NCBI RefSeq assembly: GCF_035084215.1
Contig: NC_090335.1
Span: 48,112,001 to 48,176,000 of the forward strand
Source of the DNA: Heptranchias perlo
Lineage: Eukaryota
Reading direction: 5' to 3'
Length of the DNA stretch: 64,000 nt
The position numbers were made by a program, and so were the translations under genes. The notes beneath the pieces are model-generated. The model made no database searches. It was not told the origin of the DNA and saw only the letters and a program-made list of their open reading frames with translations. Positions 11,650 through 23,788 of the stretch are shown in pieces; the first letter of the stretch is position 1, and every line of letters begins with the position of its first letter.

Positions 11650-13830
11650 CTAATTTTGAGGGGATGAGAATGGAACTAGGGAAGGTAAACTGGAAAAAAA
11701 TGTTGACAGACAAAGAAGTAGAACAGCAGTGGGTAATATTTAAAACAGTGATCAGTAGAGTTCAGAAGTATATTCCTCTAAAAAGCAAGAATAAACTAGC
11801 CAATAATGAAATACCATGAATGAATAAAGAGATAAGGGTAAAATTTAAACTAAAGTAAAAGGCATAATCTAAGTACATAGACAATAAAGGAGAGGATGAC
11901 AAAAGGGAATACAGAGGTTAGGAAAGAAGTCAGAAAAATAATTAGGAAAGCAAAGAGAAACTATGAGATTAAATTACCAAGGAATATAAAAAGAAATAGT
12001 AAAGTATTCTACAAACACATAAATAACAAAAGAAAAGTCTGAATAGGGATAGGGCCACTAAGGGATGCACACGATAAACTCGCAGGTAATGACAGTGAAA
12101 TGGCAGAAATATTGAATGGTTACTTTGCCTCTGTAGTTACCAGGGAGACTAACAAGGTAGGTAAGACATTAGAAGAAGAGATCAAAAAAGATATTAAAAC
12201 ATTTAAGATAGAAAGGTGGGGGGGAGATAATTGATAAACTAATTAAACTTAGGGAGGATAAAACACCTGGTCTGGATGGATTGCATTCGGAAATATTAAG
12301 AGAAGTTAGGGAGGAGACAGCAGAAGCACTATTACATATACATAAAATTTACTCGAAAAGGGAACAGTGCCAGAGCACTGGCGGACAGCTAATGTTATTT
12401 CTATATTTAAAAAGGGAGATAGAACAAGTCCAGGGAACTATAGACCAGTTAGCTTAACGTCAGTGGTAGGAAAGATAACCGACTCTTTAGTCAAAGATGT
12501 AATAGAAAGACATCTACAGAATGAAAATATAATAAAGAATAGTCAGCACAGATTTCAGAAGGGAAAACCATGCTTGACCAACCTTATTAAATTGTTTGAA
12601 GAAATAACAGAAAGAATAGACAAGGGTAATGCAGTAGATGTAATATATTTAGATTTTGAAATGGCCTTCGATGAGGTACCACATTGTAGACTCATGGCTA
12701 AGGTCAGAGCTTGTGGAGTCAAGGAACAGGTAGCAGAATGGATAGCAAGAAAACAGAGAGTTGGGGTTAAGGGTAGTTACTCAGACTAGCCAAAGGTGGG
12801 AAGTGGTGTTCCACAAGGATTGTGCTAGGACCACTGTTGTTCACAATTTACATTAATTATTTGGATTCGGAAATCGGAAGTACAATTATAAAATTTGCGG
12901 ACGTCACCAAATTGGAGGGTGCAGTCAATACAAAGGAAAAATGCGTCAAAATGCAAGAGGACATTAATAAACTTGCAGAATTGCATGTAATTGCCAAATT
13001 AATTTCAATATGGATAAATGTGAGGTGGTGCATTTTTGTAGGAAGAATAAGGAGGCCACATACTGCTTGGACAATAAGAGTCTCAACAGGATAGGGGAAC
13101 AAAGGTATCTGGGGTACAGACACACATATCACTAAAAGTAGCGACAGAAGTTAATAAGGCCATAAAAAAAGCAAATGAAGCACTAGGGTTAATTTCTAGA
13201 GGGATAGAACTGAAAAGCAAAGAAGGTATGTTATACTTCTATCGAACTTTGGTTAGATCACACTTGGAGTATTGTGCACAGTTCTGGTCTCCATATTATA
13301 AAAAGGATATAGAGGCATCGGAGAGGGTGCAAAAATGATTCACAAGGATAATACCAGAACTGAGAGGATATCCTTATTAGGAAAGGCTGAACAGGCTGGG
13401 ACTCTATTATCTAGAAAAGAGAGGTCTGAATGGTGACCTAATAGAGGTCTTTAAGATAATGATGTGGCTTGATAGGGTAGACATAGAGAAAATGTTTCCA
13501 CTTGTGAGGAGTCCAAAACTAGAGGTCGTAAATATAAAATAGTTGCCAATAAATCCAATAGATAATTCAGGAGAAACTTCCATACCCAAAGAGTGGTAAG
13601 AATGTGGAACGTGCTACTACAAGGAGTAGTTGAGGCAAATAACATAGATGCATTTTAGGGAAAGCTAGATAAGCATATGAGGGAGAAAGGAACAGAAGGG
13701 CATCCTGATAGGGTTAGATGAAGTAAGGAGGGAGGATGCTCGTGTGGAGCATAAATGGCGGCATAGACCAATTGGGTTGAATGGTCTGTTTTCCTGTGCT
13801 GTAGTTTCGATGTAATTCGATGTAACAGTG
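11650..13830 (+). mobile_element. Degraded CR1 LINE ORF2 and 3' end
   Basis: ORFs 12367..12789 and 12822..13094 carry RT motifs with frameshifts and stops. Confidence 0.88.
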
Positions 13831-14016
13831 GAACAACAGATGAGTCAATAAGGGAAATTAAAAGGTGATTAATTTTACAACTTATAAAATATTTATTTGC
13901 ATGCTGAATGTGATACTGTAACATTCTTTGTAATAGGAACTTACGTAAGTGTTTGGACCACAAATACAATTAATGTATGAAGACACTGATAAAATCAATA
14001 CTTTATTTTTTTCAGC

Positions 14017-14071
14017 ATGCCGTCACTGCACTGTCTGGTATTTTTCTTGTTTCTGCTGTTTATTTGTTGTG
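14017..14071 (+). CDS. Gene 1 leader exon (MPSLHCLVFFLFLLFICC)
   Basis: Acceptor ttttttcag lies one base before the ATG; hydrophobic signal peptide; strong phase-1 donor G|gtaagt at 14071/14072. Implies an upstream 5' UTR exon. Confidence 0.8.
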
Positions 14072-17000
14072 GTAAGTTCTTTTCCTTCCTTCTACTGGAC
14101 AATTATTTTATTGTTAATTTGAGCATCCAAAGCCCATGAATAGACTTGAATGAAGATTAAATACAAATATCAATGTGACAGATACTAGATACATAAATAA
14201 TGTGAAATGTATTTTCTCCTTTGTTCAAACAAGTATTAACTCTTACTTTATCCTTAATTGTGACTTGTTAACAAGAAGGTGGGTGTGGTAGATTTTAGAA
14301 GTGTGGTTTCATATAATGTGATTTTATTAATGGGACCAACAATCATGACTCCCTTGTATTGATGAAGCTTTAATTCTTCTCAAACAAAAAATGACCCATT
14401 TAGCTGATACAGTCGATGAAAGGTTTGGTAATCCAACTATGGAATATGCAATCTTATGTGAAAAGTTTGACCAGGAGATTTAAAATACCAAGAACAACCT
14501 TTTCCAAACTCCAAAGCCCATGCAATCCAATCAAGACAAACCAGAAAGTAACAAATATAAGTGCAAATAGAACAAAATTGCTGTGTTTCATGGGCTGGAT
14601 GCCATGCCTTGCAGAGCATGTGGCTCATTGGGCCATAGTTTGCACACTTCTTCTACGTTCTCAATATTTAATATGCGAGCAATGCTTACATCATAATAAA
14701 TTGGCTTTGGGATCAATTGCATGAAAAATACTGATTTAAATTGTGAGAATTGGACATTTTAGTGGACAAAGAAAGTGATAGGAAATTAGCAAAATGAGTA
14801 CGGTGTTTTCAACCAGGAACATGAAAGAAAATTTGTGACATTAAATACTGTGCACAACCATTAGCTTTAACAAGTAAATGCAATACCAACCAGGAGAAAT
14901 GGGAACTACTATTACATACGCCCACGATGGTTAATGGGGCACCTCACAGTCACAGTTCACACTTCGCCGTGCTGTGGAAATAAAGCTACCCCTTCAGGGA
15001 TGTTCTGCTGCCAATCTGGGAGGACACTGAGCAGAATAAAACTGAGAGGAAACATTCAGAGATTACCGGCCTTTTAAGTCAGTGCAGAAATGCAAAGAAA
15101 AGGAAATGATTAAGAAAGTAGATATCTGCCAATCTAATTTTCTTTCACTAAATTTACTGACAAGTTGCCACCATAAGATATTAGTTACTTAGTCATGATC
15201 GAGAAGTTGAAAGTTTCTGGGCAAGGAATTGATTGATTATTGCGTAAATTATTGCTCAGATTTGCTTTCCTCAACTGAAATGTTAAATATAACCAAACTT
15301 GGTTGAAACAGCACTCACAAAATTAAAAATTCTTAAGTGGTCTTAAATGGCATTTAAATTAAGGGAGGAAGGGCAGAATTCAAAGATGACTTTAGAAGTA
15401 AATTTTTCAATGGTATGCTGCTGGCACAGAGCCTAACCCACCAGGAGCGCATATTGTGAAATCACGTACACAGCCCATGATTGTCTATTCGTTTGTTTTA
15501 TTGGATGGAAATTCATTGTCTGCACATACATGATTTCATGGGGAGCATGCAATCTGAAAATCTACATCCAAAAGAAGCATATTTCCATTCAGCTCCACCA
15601 ACAAAAAATTGGATAGAATAACCAATGAGTAGAAGAGCCTTTGGGACAGAATGATATTTCAGATTTCTGTCTGACTGAATTTTATCTGCCGTCACTTGAA
15701 ATCAGCCAAGATAAAAATCTGAATTTAGAGAAGTCCATGAAGGTCATTGGTACAGTCTGTAGGATTTGAATAATTCGGCTAAAAGTATGGCACCCGACAG
15801 AATAAATCTTGGCGATTTGCTAACTTTCCACTGTGGTAATCAGCCTTGGCTCAATGGTAGCATTCTCACCTCAATGTCACAAGGTTGTGTTCGTGCCATA
15901 CTCCAGGATTTGAACACACGATCTAGGCTGACACTGTAGTGCAGTATTGAGGAGTATTGCATTGTCAGAGAGCCAGGGGACGATCAGTGATTTCCACCCG
16001 AAACAGGGGTGAAGTTGATGGAGCGGCTGAACTGCCCGTCCAAAGCTGGCATCGAAAGGACCAAACCGTTTTTGGATCTGATTGTATTTAAATGCTGCCA
16101 GTGAGCTGCAGGTGCTGAATATTTGGTCACAGATAAAACATTTCAGTGGCTTTATGTCTAGCTGTCAGACTGTGCTGTTTGTGGTTGTAACAGCCCAATA
16201 TATTTTGCTTAATTTATTTTCTAGGCTATTGTCAGGATAGGGCCAAACCATACTAAAGCCTTGGTAGAAACCTAGAAAACATTTTGAAGTTGTAAAATTA
16301 CCTTCCTATTTTGTTATTGGTTTTGTTATTGGATCTTGAAAAGTCACATAGGTCAGTGTGGAACAGCAGCGCATTGTTGTTCCAACATAATGTCAGAGGG
16401 GTAGGACATCAGATTATGATTTTATACAGTGAAGGGGAACTGCAAAGTGGAGGCCAGTTGTTATCCCTCAGGGAAATAGCCAGCCAGTGCTCTTTTTCAT
16501 TATCTAACAATCAAATCCAGAAGAAAAGGCCTGGGTCACTGTGCACCATCTAAACTGGTAACGATTCATTCCACAAAGGATGAAAATGAGGGGAGAAAAT
16601 AAAATTGAAAATGGAGCCAACGCCATTCGGCGTTATTGTTTGTTACACAATGGAATATAGGGGAACCGGTTGGGGAGGCAGTTAAAATGGACCGGGGGAC
16701 TTACCCACTCTGTTCCCACACTCTGGCCCACTGCAATTTAAATTGCAAGTGGCAAGGACACCCGCTCAAAGCCAGCAGGGTCCTTTTTAAATATGCAGAT
16801 GGGGCTTCGATGACGTCATCGCAGCCCAACTGCTATTTTTACCTGAGACCTGACCCTATCAGTGGTGGCTTCCACGCCAGGCCAAACCTGCCAGGAACAG
16901 GATCTACGGCCAGATGAGGCCAAGTAAGGTAAGTTTAAAAAAAATTTCTGTAAGGTCCCTTGTGGGCCAGTTCTTTCCCCTCCCCCGACTGTGATTCCCA

Positions 17001-20000
17001 TTTCTGAGCCACTTACCTTGTGCCGAGGACTGTTCTCTTAGGACCCCCGTGGTGGCCTTGAGCCGTGTGATTTTATCAGCCGGGCAGCCGCTTCCTGACG
17101 ACTTCCCGGCCCTTTTGATTGGGAAGTCGTCATGCGGAATCCTAATGAATCGCTGAGGCTCCCCGCCTCCGCTCCTGGAAGGTCTGGCTGATTGCTCGCT
17201 GCATTCCCATACATAGATAGAATTGACCTCATAGGGCTCGATTTTCGGACGTCCGAGACGGCGGGTTTGTGGCGGGGGGGGCTCCGAAAATCGGGGATTC
17301 CCGGGGCGGGTCCGGAGCCCAGCGCACGCAACCCCTGGGACTCTTGCCGGCAATTAAAGCCGGCGGGATCCTACTTAAACCAATTAATTAGACAGTTCAG
17401 GTCGTTTGCAGTCCTGTGAATTGTCTTTCAAGTGGATTTTTGTGTCTTACTGAAAATCTCTAAACGTAAATTCAGGTGAAACACCAGGGTGTTACAGCTC
17501 TAAAAACAACAAATTAATAGTTAGTCATGAAGCTATTGGAAATTTACAGTCGGCTCAGATTTTAAAAAAATATTCAGTACTTACCAACAATTTACATAGG
17601 CTGAGAAATTCCTCGGAGCTGGTTCTGTTTTTTCACTGTAACTTTGCCAGAAGTGAGGGGAAAACCAGATCTGAGGAATTTCCCGGCCATAATTTATTCC
17701 ATTGTATGGGTATAAAAATGTGCTTTATTGCTACTTTTTTTTAATAAATGATGAAAAAACTGATCTGGACAGGGGTTAATGTATATTTATATGAATATTT
17801 GGTGAAGGTTTTATTTGTAACTGCATTATTTTCATCCCTTATTCAGAGACGATCACTGTTTCCTCTGATAAGCACTCTGTTGCAGAGGTTGGCAAAGATG
17901 TCACCCTCACGTGTATATTTGAGGGCGACAGTAATCCTACGGTGATCTGGGAGAAAGAAGGTGTGACGGGAACTGTGCACATGTACCTGAATAATAAGGA
18001 TGACTTCAGCGAACAACATGTCAACTACACGAAAAGAACTGAAGTTCATGGAAGCTCAGCCAGCAAAGGAAACGCATCTCTTACACTGAAGAATGTTCGT
18101 ATCTGGGATGAAGGAAGTTACAAGTGCTCTGTCAACACAAACAAAGGATTTGGAGAAGCAGAAGTGAATCTGAATGTTTGGGGTATGTCAGCTGTCCAGT
18201 TCTCTTTCTCTGTCGGTTTGTAATCAGGGTAAAGTGCAGCTCGGTTTCATATTTTGAATTATTACATAAATTTCCAATGGCACCAGAGAAACAAATAGTT
18301 TTCATTTCATTTAATTGTTAACAAAGTTTGTCACAGAAAGGCAATAATAATGGATTCTCACATGGAATAGCGAGCTAAATATACGCCTGAATTTCTGCGG
18401 GGTTCTCCTGATCTCCTGCCGTAAAATCAGCAGTTATGCATCAGGTGGGCTTTGGGTGTCCCCCCACTCCCTAACCTCTAGGTGTTGAACTGCCGGCCGC
18501 CTATTTATCAGGCGAGAAACCAGTGGGTGGAAGTTGAATACCGGCCCCAGTAATTGTGCCGAACTCCATTTTTCCTAGCTAGTGAGTATAGCAAAGCAGG
18601 CAGTATAGCTCAGATCTTCTAGCTTAGTATCACTCTCAGTACCGGTCCAGTAGTATAATTGGTGAAGAGCATCCTATTTCTGTGTCTAAATGTACTGGAT
18701 CACCCGTGCGCAGCAAGGAGAGGAGGATGGAGCGGGGAAGATCACATGCCTGTAAAGATACTTGTCCAATTTTCTGTCCATTTAAATTAATAGAAGGAAA
18801 ATCAGAATGGCTCCCTTACAGGTGTGCTATTCTCGCTTCCTGATTTTCTTTTCGACACTGCGTCCAGGCAATTCAATACCTCAGGCTCAGGAACAGGAAA
18901 ATCTGCCCAATGGTGTTCTTAGAGTTAACAAAAAAACCTGAAAAAGTGACATTTGATGGATTTATTCTAATTTACATCAAGAAAAAGAACCACAATAAGA
19001 CCAAAATGGCAATGTTTACAAAGAAACTTGGCTCATCAGGACCATGTAATCATCTATATATCTTTATGCTGGAATTTGGGGCTTTGGATTAAATAAAGCT
19101 TTCAACTCATTAGTGTTTTTTTGTTCTGAAGTAAACACCATTGGTTACAGGCACATTCTTATCTATGTGGTGCTCTATATAATGACATGCTAAAGTTCAG
19201 TGACTATAATTCATATTTCTTTCTTAGCAAAAAGTAATGATGGTATCCATATCTCACGGAAGTCTGATGAAGTGCTGTCTTGCCAATCATCAGGGTGGTA
19301 CCCAGCCCCAACGGTTACCTGGCATGACAAATCTGGTAACAACTTGAACAAGGATGGTAAACTAACCCTGACAATAGACAACAATGGACTTTATAACATG
19401 ACACATGACCTAAAACAACACCGTAACTCGAAGAATCAGTATATCTGCACCATAAAGCATAAGTGGATGGAAGATCGTATTCGAGTGGTATTCTCAGGTG
19501 AGCTTATTTGTGAGGTTAATGCTTATGTTAAAGGTAACTTAACAGACCATTGTAACAGTTGTGGAAAAGAAATATATCTGTTGGGTAGAAGGAGGAACAC
19601 AGCAAGAACACGACCAAAGAGGCGGAGTAAGGATAAAAATAACCTAAGGAGAGGCAGAAATATTTTAAAGACACAGGAAACGTATACCTTGAAATTGTAC
19701 GGTGTGATATTAGAGTGAACGCTTAACATAGTCATTTGAAATTTCTTTGTCTGGTGCATTAATGGATGTATTAACCCAACAAGAGGGATTCATGAAATGT
19801 TTATTTGCAGACAGAAAGTAAAAACCCAGATCAATAATTTAAGGGATAAATTGAGTAAAACTGTTATCACATGTTAGGAATTGACTGATGTTAAAAGAAT
19901 TCTTGATATCAGTCTGCACAAATAATTGGATTAATGTCTTGTTAAAATAGCAGCTAAAGAAATGTTATTAATACAAATACATGATGTATGTTTTAGTATG

Positions 20001-22502
20001 GGAGTATTGCATTGTGTGATTTCACCCACAGTTCTAGTTTTGTAAAACTATTAGATTGACCAAAAATGAAGAATCTTTCGCTTGAATGTGACCCTTTTTA
20101 ATCTGTCAGTTTCCTCAGGAGTTGAAAGCTTAAATAAGGAACATATAGAAAACCCAACATAGATTCATATTTGTTTCAATAAGGAAACATGGGTATCCTC
20201 AAACTGGGAGTGCATACTGAAACAGGAAGGGTGTACTCCAACAGAAAGGATATACTCAAAAAGGGAGGGAATACTCAAACAGGGAGGGCCTGCTCAAACA
20301 GTGAGGAAACTTTCTATCTATGTTAAAAATTAGCATCTTTATCCGTGCTGTACTTGAAATTGTTCTTGAGGAAGAAAGTCAGGGAATGTGAGGACAGCCA
20401 CTTCAGGCCTAAGCAAATTTAGGGCCTTGTGAGTTTCTATCCCGGGGTTTTAAAGTAAGTAGGTGAGAACGTTGCAGAAGCCCTACTATAATCTTCCAAA
20501 GTTCTCTCGATTCAGGAACTATTCCTTTAGATTGAAAAATTGCACACGTCACTCTGCCATTTAAGAAAGGTGAGAGAAGGAAACTAGGGAATTATAGACC
20601 AGTTAGCCTAACATCTGTTGTCGGGAAATTACTAGAGTCTATAATTAAGGATAGAGTATCTGAACACCTTGAAAATTTTCAGCTGACCAGAGAGAGCCAG
20701 CATGGATTTGTAAAGGGTAGATTGTGCCTGATGAACCTGATTGAATTTTTTGAAGAGGTGGCTAAAGTAGTGGACAGGGGAATGTCTATGGATGTTGTTT
20801 ATATGGACTTCCTGAAGGCATTCGATAAAGGCCCTGATAAGAGATTGTTAGCTAAAGTTGAAGCTCTTGGAATTGAGGGAAAATTAATAACCTGCGTAGG
20901 AAATTGGCTGAGCGGCAGGAGACAGAGTATGGATAATGGGCAGTTACTCAAATTGACAGGATGTGACTAGTGGTGTCCCACAGGGATCTGTGTTGGTGCC
21001 TCAACTATTCACTATTTATTAACGACTTAAATGACGGGATAGAGAGCCACATATCCAAGTTTTCCGATGACACAAAGATAGACAGCATTGTAAGCAGTGT
21101 GGATGGAAGCATAAAATTACAGAGAGATATTAATAGATTAAGTGAATGGGCAAAACTGTGGCAAATGGATTTCATTGTAGGCAAGTGTCCATTTTGGACC
21201 TAAAAAGGATAGATCAGAGTACTTTCTAAATGGTGAAAAGCTCGAAACAGTGGAGGTCCAAAGAGACTTAGGGGTCTATGTAAATAGATCATTAAAATGT
21301 CATGAACAGGTACAGAAAATATGAAAAAGGCTAATGGAATGCTGGCCTTTATATCTAGAGGACTAGAATACAATGGGGTAGAAGTTATGCTACTGCTATA
21401 CAAAGCCCTGGTTAGACCACACCTGGAGTATTGTATTCAGTTATGGGCACTGCACCTTAGGAAGGATATATTGACCTAGGAGAGAGTGCAACGTAGATTT
21501 ACTGGAATGATACCTGGACTCCAAGGGTTAAATTATGAGGAGAGATTACATTATCTAGGGTTGCATTCCCTGGAATTTAAAAGATTATGGGGTGATTTGA
21601 TCAAGGTTTTCAAAATATTAAGGAGAACTGATAGGGTCGATGGAAAGAAACTATTTCCGCTGGTTGGGGAGTCTAGGACTAGAGGACATAGCCTAAAAAT
21701 TAGAGCCAGGACTTTCAGGAGTGAAATTAGGAAACACTTCTACACGCAAAGGGTGGTAGAAGTTTGGAACTCTCTTCCACAAACGGCAGTTGATGCTAGC
21801 TCAATTGTTAATTTTAAATCTGAGATTGATAGATTTTTGTTAACCAAAGGTATTAAGGGTTATGGAGCTAAGGTGTGTATATGGAGCTAGGTCACAGATC
21901 AGCCATGATCTCATTGAATGGTGGACAGGCTCGAGGGGCTAAATGGCCTACTCCTGTTCCTATGTTCCTATGAATAAATCAAAATGTTCTCATTTTTTAA
22001 AAAGTAATTTTACATGAATATTACAATCTCCACAGCTGGATTAACAAACTTTGGGACATTTACACTGGTTGTAGCTTATTAGCTCTTGAGAAGCTTTAAA
22101 AGATTGTTGTTAGTGGTGCTGAATGATTGGTAGCTATCTTTTGGGTTCCTATTAACAAAATCACATCTTGAAGACGTGCACATTTCAAAACTGTGTTCTG
22201 TTGTTAAAGAAAAATAGATACTTCTGTCATTTTTTTTAATGGAAGGGGAACTAGCCCAAGGTTAAATATAAAATGGAAATCACCCACACTCTTGCTTTTA
22301 CAGTATTTGAAATAATCTGAAGGTATCTTGAACAATTATCTTAGATATTGCCAACCTCTATTGTGATGGCACTGTTTTTACACATCTGCACATCATAACA
22401 CAGCACTAGCAGAAATACTGATATGTCTTTATATTTCCTTTATTTTCAGACATGGGAGCGATGATTCGTTTAGATGATGGAAAAGATTCGCCAGAATTAT
22501 AA
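14017..22502 (+). CDS. VTCN1-like: Gene 1 (spliced): B7-family IgV-IgC protein, V domain VTCN1/B7-H4-like; exons 14017-14071, 17847-18182, 19228-19497, 22450-22502; 237 aa, no TM in this model
   Basis: All introns are GT-AG and phase 1, and the 714-nt joined CDS is open from ATG to TAA. The V domain carries B7-H4-like motifs (W.KEGV.G.VH, KD..SEQ, GNASL.LKNV, D.G.YKC, T.KG.G.A). The C domain carries the B7/butyrophilin motif C.S.GWYP.P.V.W. Orthology to VTCN1 versus another B7/BTN-like member is not proven. Confidence 0.8.
15838..15972 (+). mobile_element. tRNA-derived SINE 5' fragment
   Basis: A-box-like TGGCTCAATGG and degenerate B box, followed by a SINE-like body. Confidence 0.55.
16650..17420. 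mobile_element. GC-rich non-autonomous DNA-transposon (Harbinger-type MITE) fragments
   Basis: 16840-16970 is closely similar to 61325-61465 (aggccaaacctgcc.ggaac...gaggcc.agt.aggtaagttt); family assignment is inferred. Confidence 0.5.
17599..17688. mobile_element. 90-bp MITE with 16-bp TIRs and a 3-bp TSD
   Basis: GGCTGAGAAATTCCTC ... GAGGAATTTCCCGGCC, flanked by ATA on both sides. Confidence 0.7.
17847..18182 (+). CDS. Gene 1 IgV exon (ETITVSSDKHSVAEVGKDVTLTCIF...VIWEKEGVTGTVH...GNASLTLKNVRIWDEGSYKCSVNTNKGFGEAEVNLNVW)
   Basis: Acceptor attcag|, donor G|gtatgt, 336 nt open; canonical B-strand Cys, C-strand Trp and DxGxYxC; overlaps ORF 17942..18223. Confidence 0.93.
19228..19497 (+). CDS. 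Gene 1 IgC exon (AKSNDGIHISRKSDEVLSCQSSGWYPAPTVTW...NQYICTIKHKWMEDRIRVVFS)
   Basis: Acceptor ttcttag|, donor G|gtgag, 270 nt; B7/BTN-type C domain with two Cys; overlaps ORF 19200..19718. Confidence 0.9.
20196..20309 (+). repeat. Degenerate 6 x 19-bp minisatellite (TACTCAAACAGGGAGGGNN)
   Basis: Six aligned units read directly. Confidence 0.75.
20435..21972 (+). mobile_element. CR1 LINE 3' half, degraded, in intron 3 of gene 1
   Basis: ORFs 20722, 20970 and 21486; TTCCTATG tail. Confidence 0.9.
22450..22502 (+). CDS. Gene 1 probable terminal coding exon (DMGAMIRLDDGKDSPEL*)
   Basis: Strongest acceptor downstream of the C exon (ctgat branch site, long pyrimidine tract, tttcag|); phase-1 join stays open to TAA at 22500-22502. 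Confidence 0.6.
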
Positions 22503-22621
22503 ATCAAAAGCTGTGTTGCCGTCGGAGACTTCAAATAGTTTCTCTGAACAATTCTTTGATCCTCATTAATGCATTGCAAAACTTTTCCAGAAGGAAAACT
22601 ACGGATGTTATACCCATTTAA

Positions 22622-23471
22622 TTGTAAACAATTTTACAACACCAAGTTATAGTCCAACAATTTTATTTTTAATCCCACAAGCTTTCGGGGGCTTTCCCCT
22701 TCCTCAGGCGGTGTGGAAATGAGATTTTCGAATCCGTCGCATTTTAAGATCACATAACAATGCCTGGTGATTACTGCCCGTTGCCAAGGCAATCACAGTG
22801 AGCAGACAGAAAGGTGTCACCTAAAAAGGCCACCGAATATACAAACCCCCAAAAAAAAGAGAGAGAGACAGAACGAAGACAGTCAATGACCCGTTATATT
22901 AAAAACAGATAACATTTGTTCGCTGGTGGGGTTACGTGTAGTGTGACATGAACCCAAGATCCCGGTTGAGGCCGTCCTCATGGGTGCGGAACTTGGCTAT
23001 CAATTTCTGCTCGACGATTTTGCGTTGTCGTGTGTCTCGAAGGCCGCCTTGGAGTATGCTTACCCGAAGGTCGGTGGCTGAATGTCCATGACTGCTGAAG
23101 TGTTCCCCGACAGGGAGAGAACCCTCCTGTTTGGCGATTGTTGCGCGGTGTCCGTTCATCCGTTGTCGCAGCGTCTGCATGGTCTCGCCAATGTACCATG
23201 CTCTGGGGCATCCTTTCCTGCAACGTATGAGGTAGACAACGTTGCAGGAACGTAGTCTGCTCACTGTGATTGCCTTGGCAACGGGCAGTAATCACCAGGC
23301 TTTGTTATGTGATCTTAAAATGCGAAGGATTCGAAAATCTCATTTCCACACCGCCTGAGGAAGGGGAAAGCCCCCGAAAGCTTGTGGGATTAAAAATAAA
23401 ATTGTTGGACTATAACTTGGTGTTGTAAAATTGTTTACAATTGTCAACCCCATCACCGGCATCTCCACATC
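22622..23471 (-). mobile_element. Penelope-like retroelement insertion: GIY-YIG endonuclease C-terminal fragment between about 187-bp inverted pLTR arms
   Basis: ORF 22932..23264 (NVVYLIRC..C...YIGET...LRQRMNGHR...VGEHF...H...E...I......GLN); arms 22621-22807 and 23255-23441 with 2 mismatches; perfect TSD ATACCCATTTAA at 22610-22621 and 23472-23483. Confidence 0.92.
23351..23387 (+). ncRNA. Minimal type I hammerhead-ribozyme-like motif (PLE type); further copies at 22675-22711 (-), 4790-4828 (+) and 4735-4773 (-)
   Basis: CCGC-CUGAGGA-A-GGGG-AAAGC-CCCC-GAAAGCUU-GUGG: stem I, core box, stem II, GAAA box, palindromic AAGCUU in place of stem III. Confidence 0.65.
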
Positions 23472-23788
23472 ATACCCATTTAAAGAATTGTCTGTTTCTT
23501 TGCTATAGATCAAGGCATGAATAAGGAATACTTTTGCCTTTGAAAAAAACTCACTGAGTAACTGGGAGAGAAATTCAACTGACAGCTGTCCCTTTTGCAC
23601 CTGAAAAACGTTAGAAAATCGGGGCTTAGGGGGCACCTCGGCCGATCCATTGACCCTGGTGTCCTGGGCCTGTAAATAGGTGAGCAGCCCACCCGCCTGA
23701 AATAGGCAAGAGGCTGCTTAAATGTGCAAATTGGAGCCTCCGTCTGTTGTAGGACCTCGATTCAAATTTAGGTACAAATGGATGGAGC

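Noticed and set aside
19498-19718. C-terminal extension of ORF 19200..19718
   Set aside because: Read-through past a strong G|gtgag donor into intron; the same applies to the tails of ORFs 17942, 30880 and 32154.
20196-20309. CRISPR-like array
   Set aside because: Vertebrate DNA; contiguous degenerate units with no unique spacers and no cas genes.
19800-22085. Other possible last exons for gene 1 (DRK* near 19811, GVESLNKEHIENPT* near 20120, AGLTNFGTFTLVVAY* near 22035)
   Set aside because: Weaker pyrimidine tracts than 22450 and none encodes a full TM; not excluded without RNA data.
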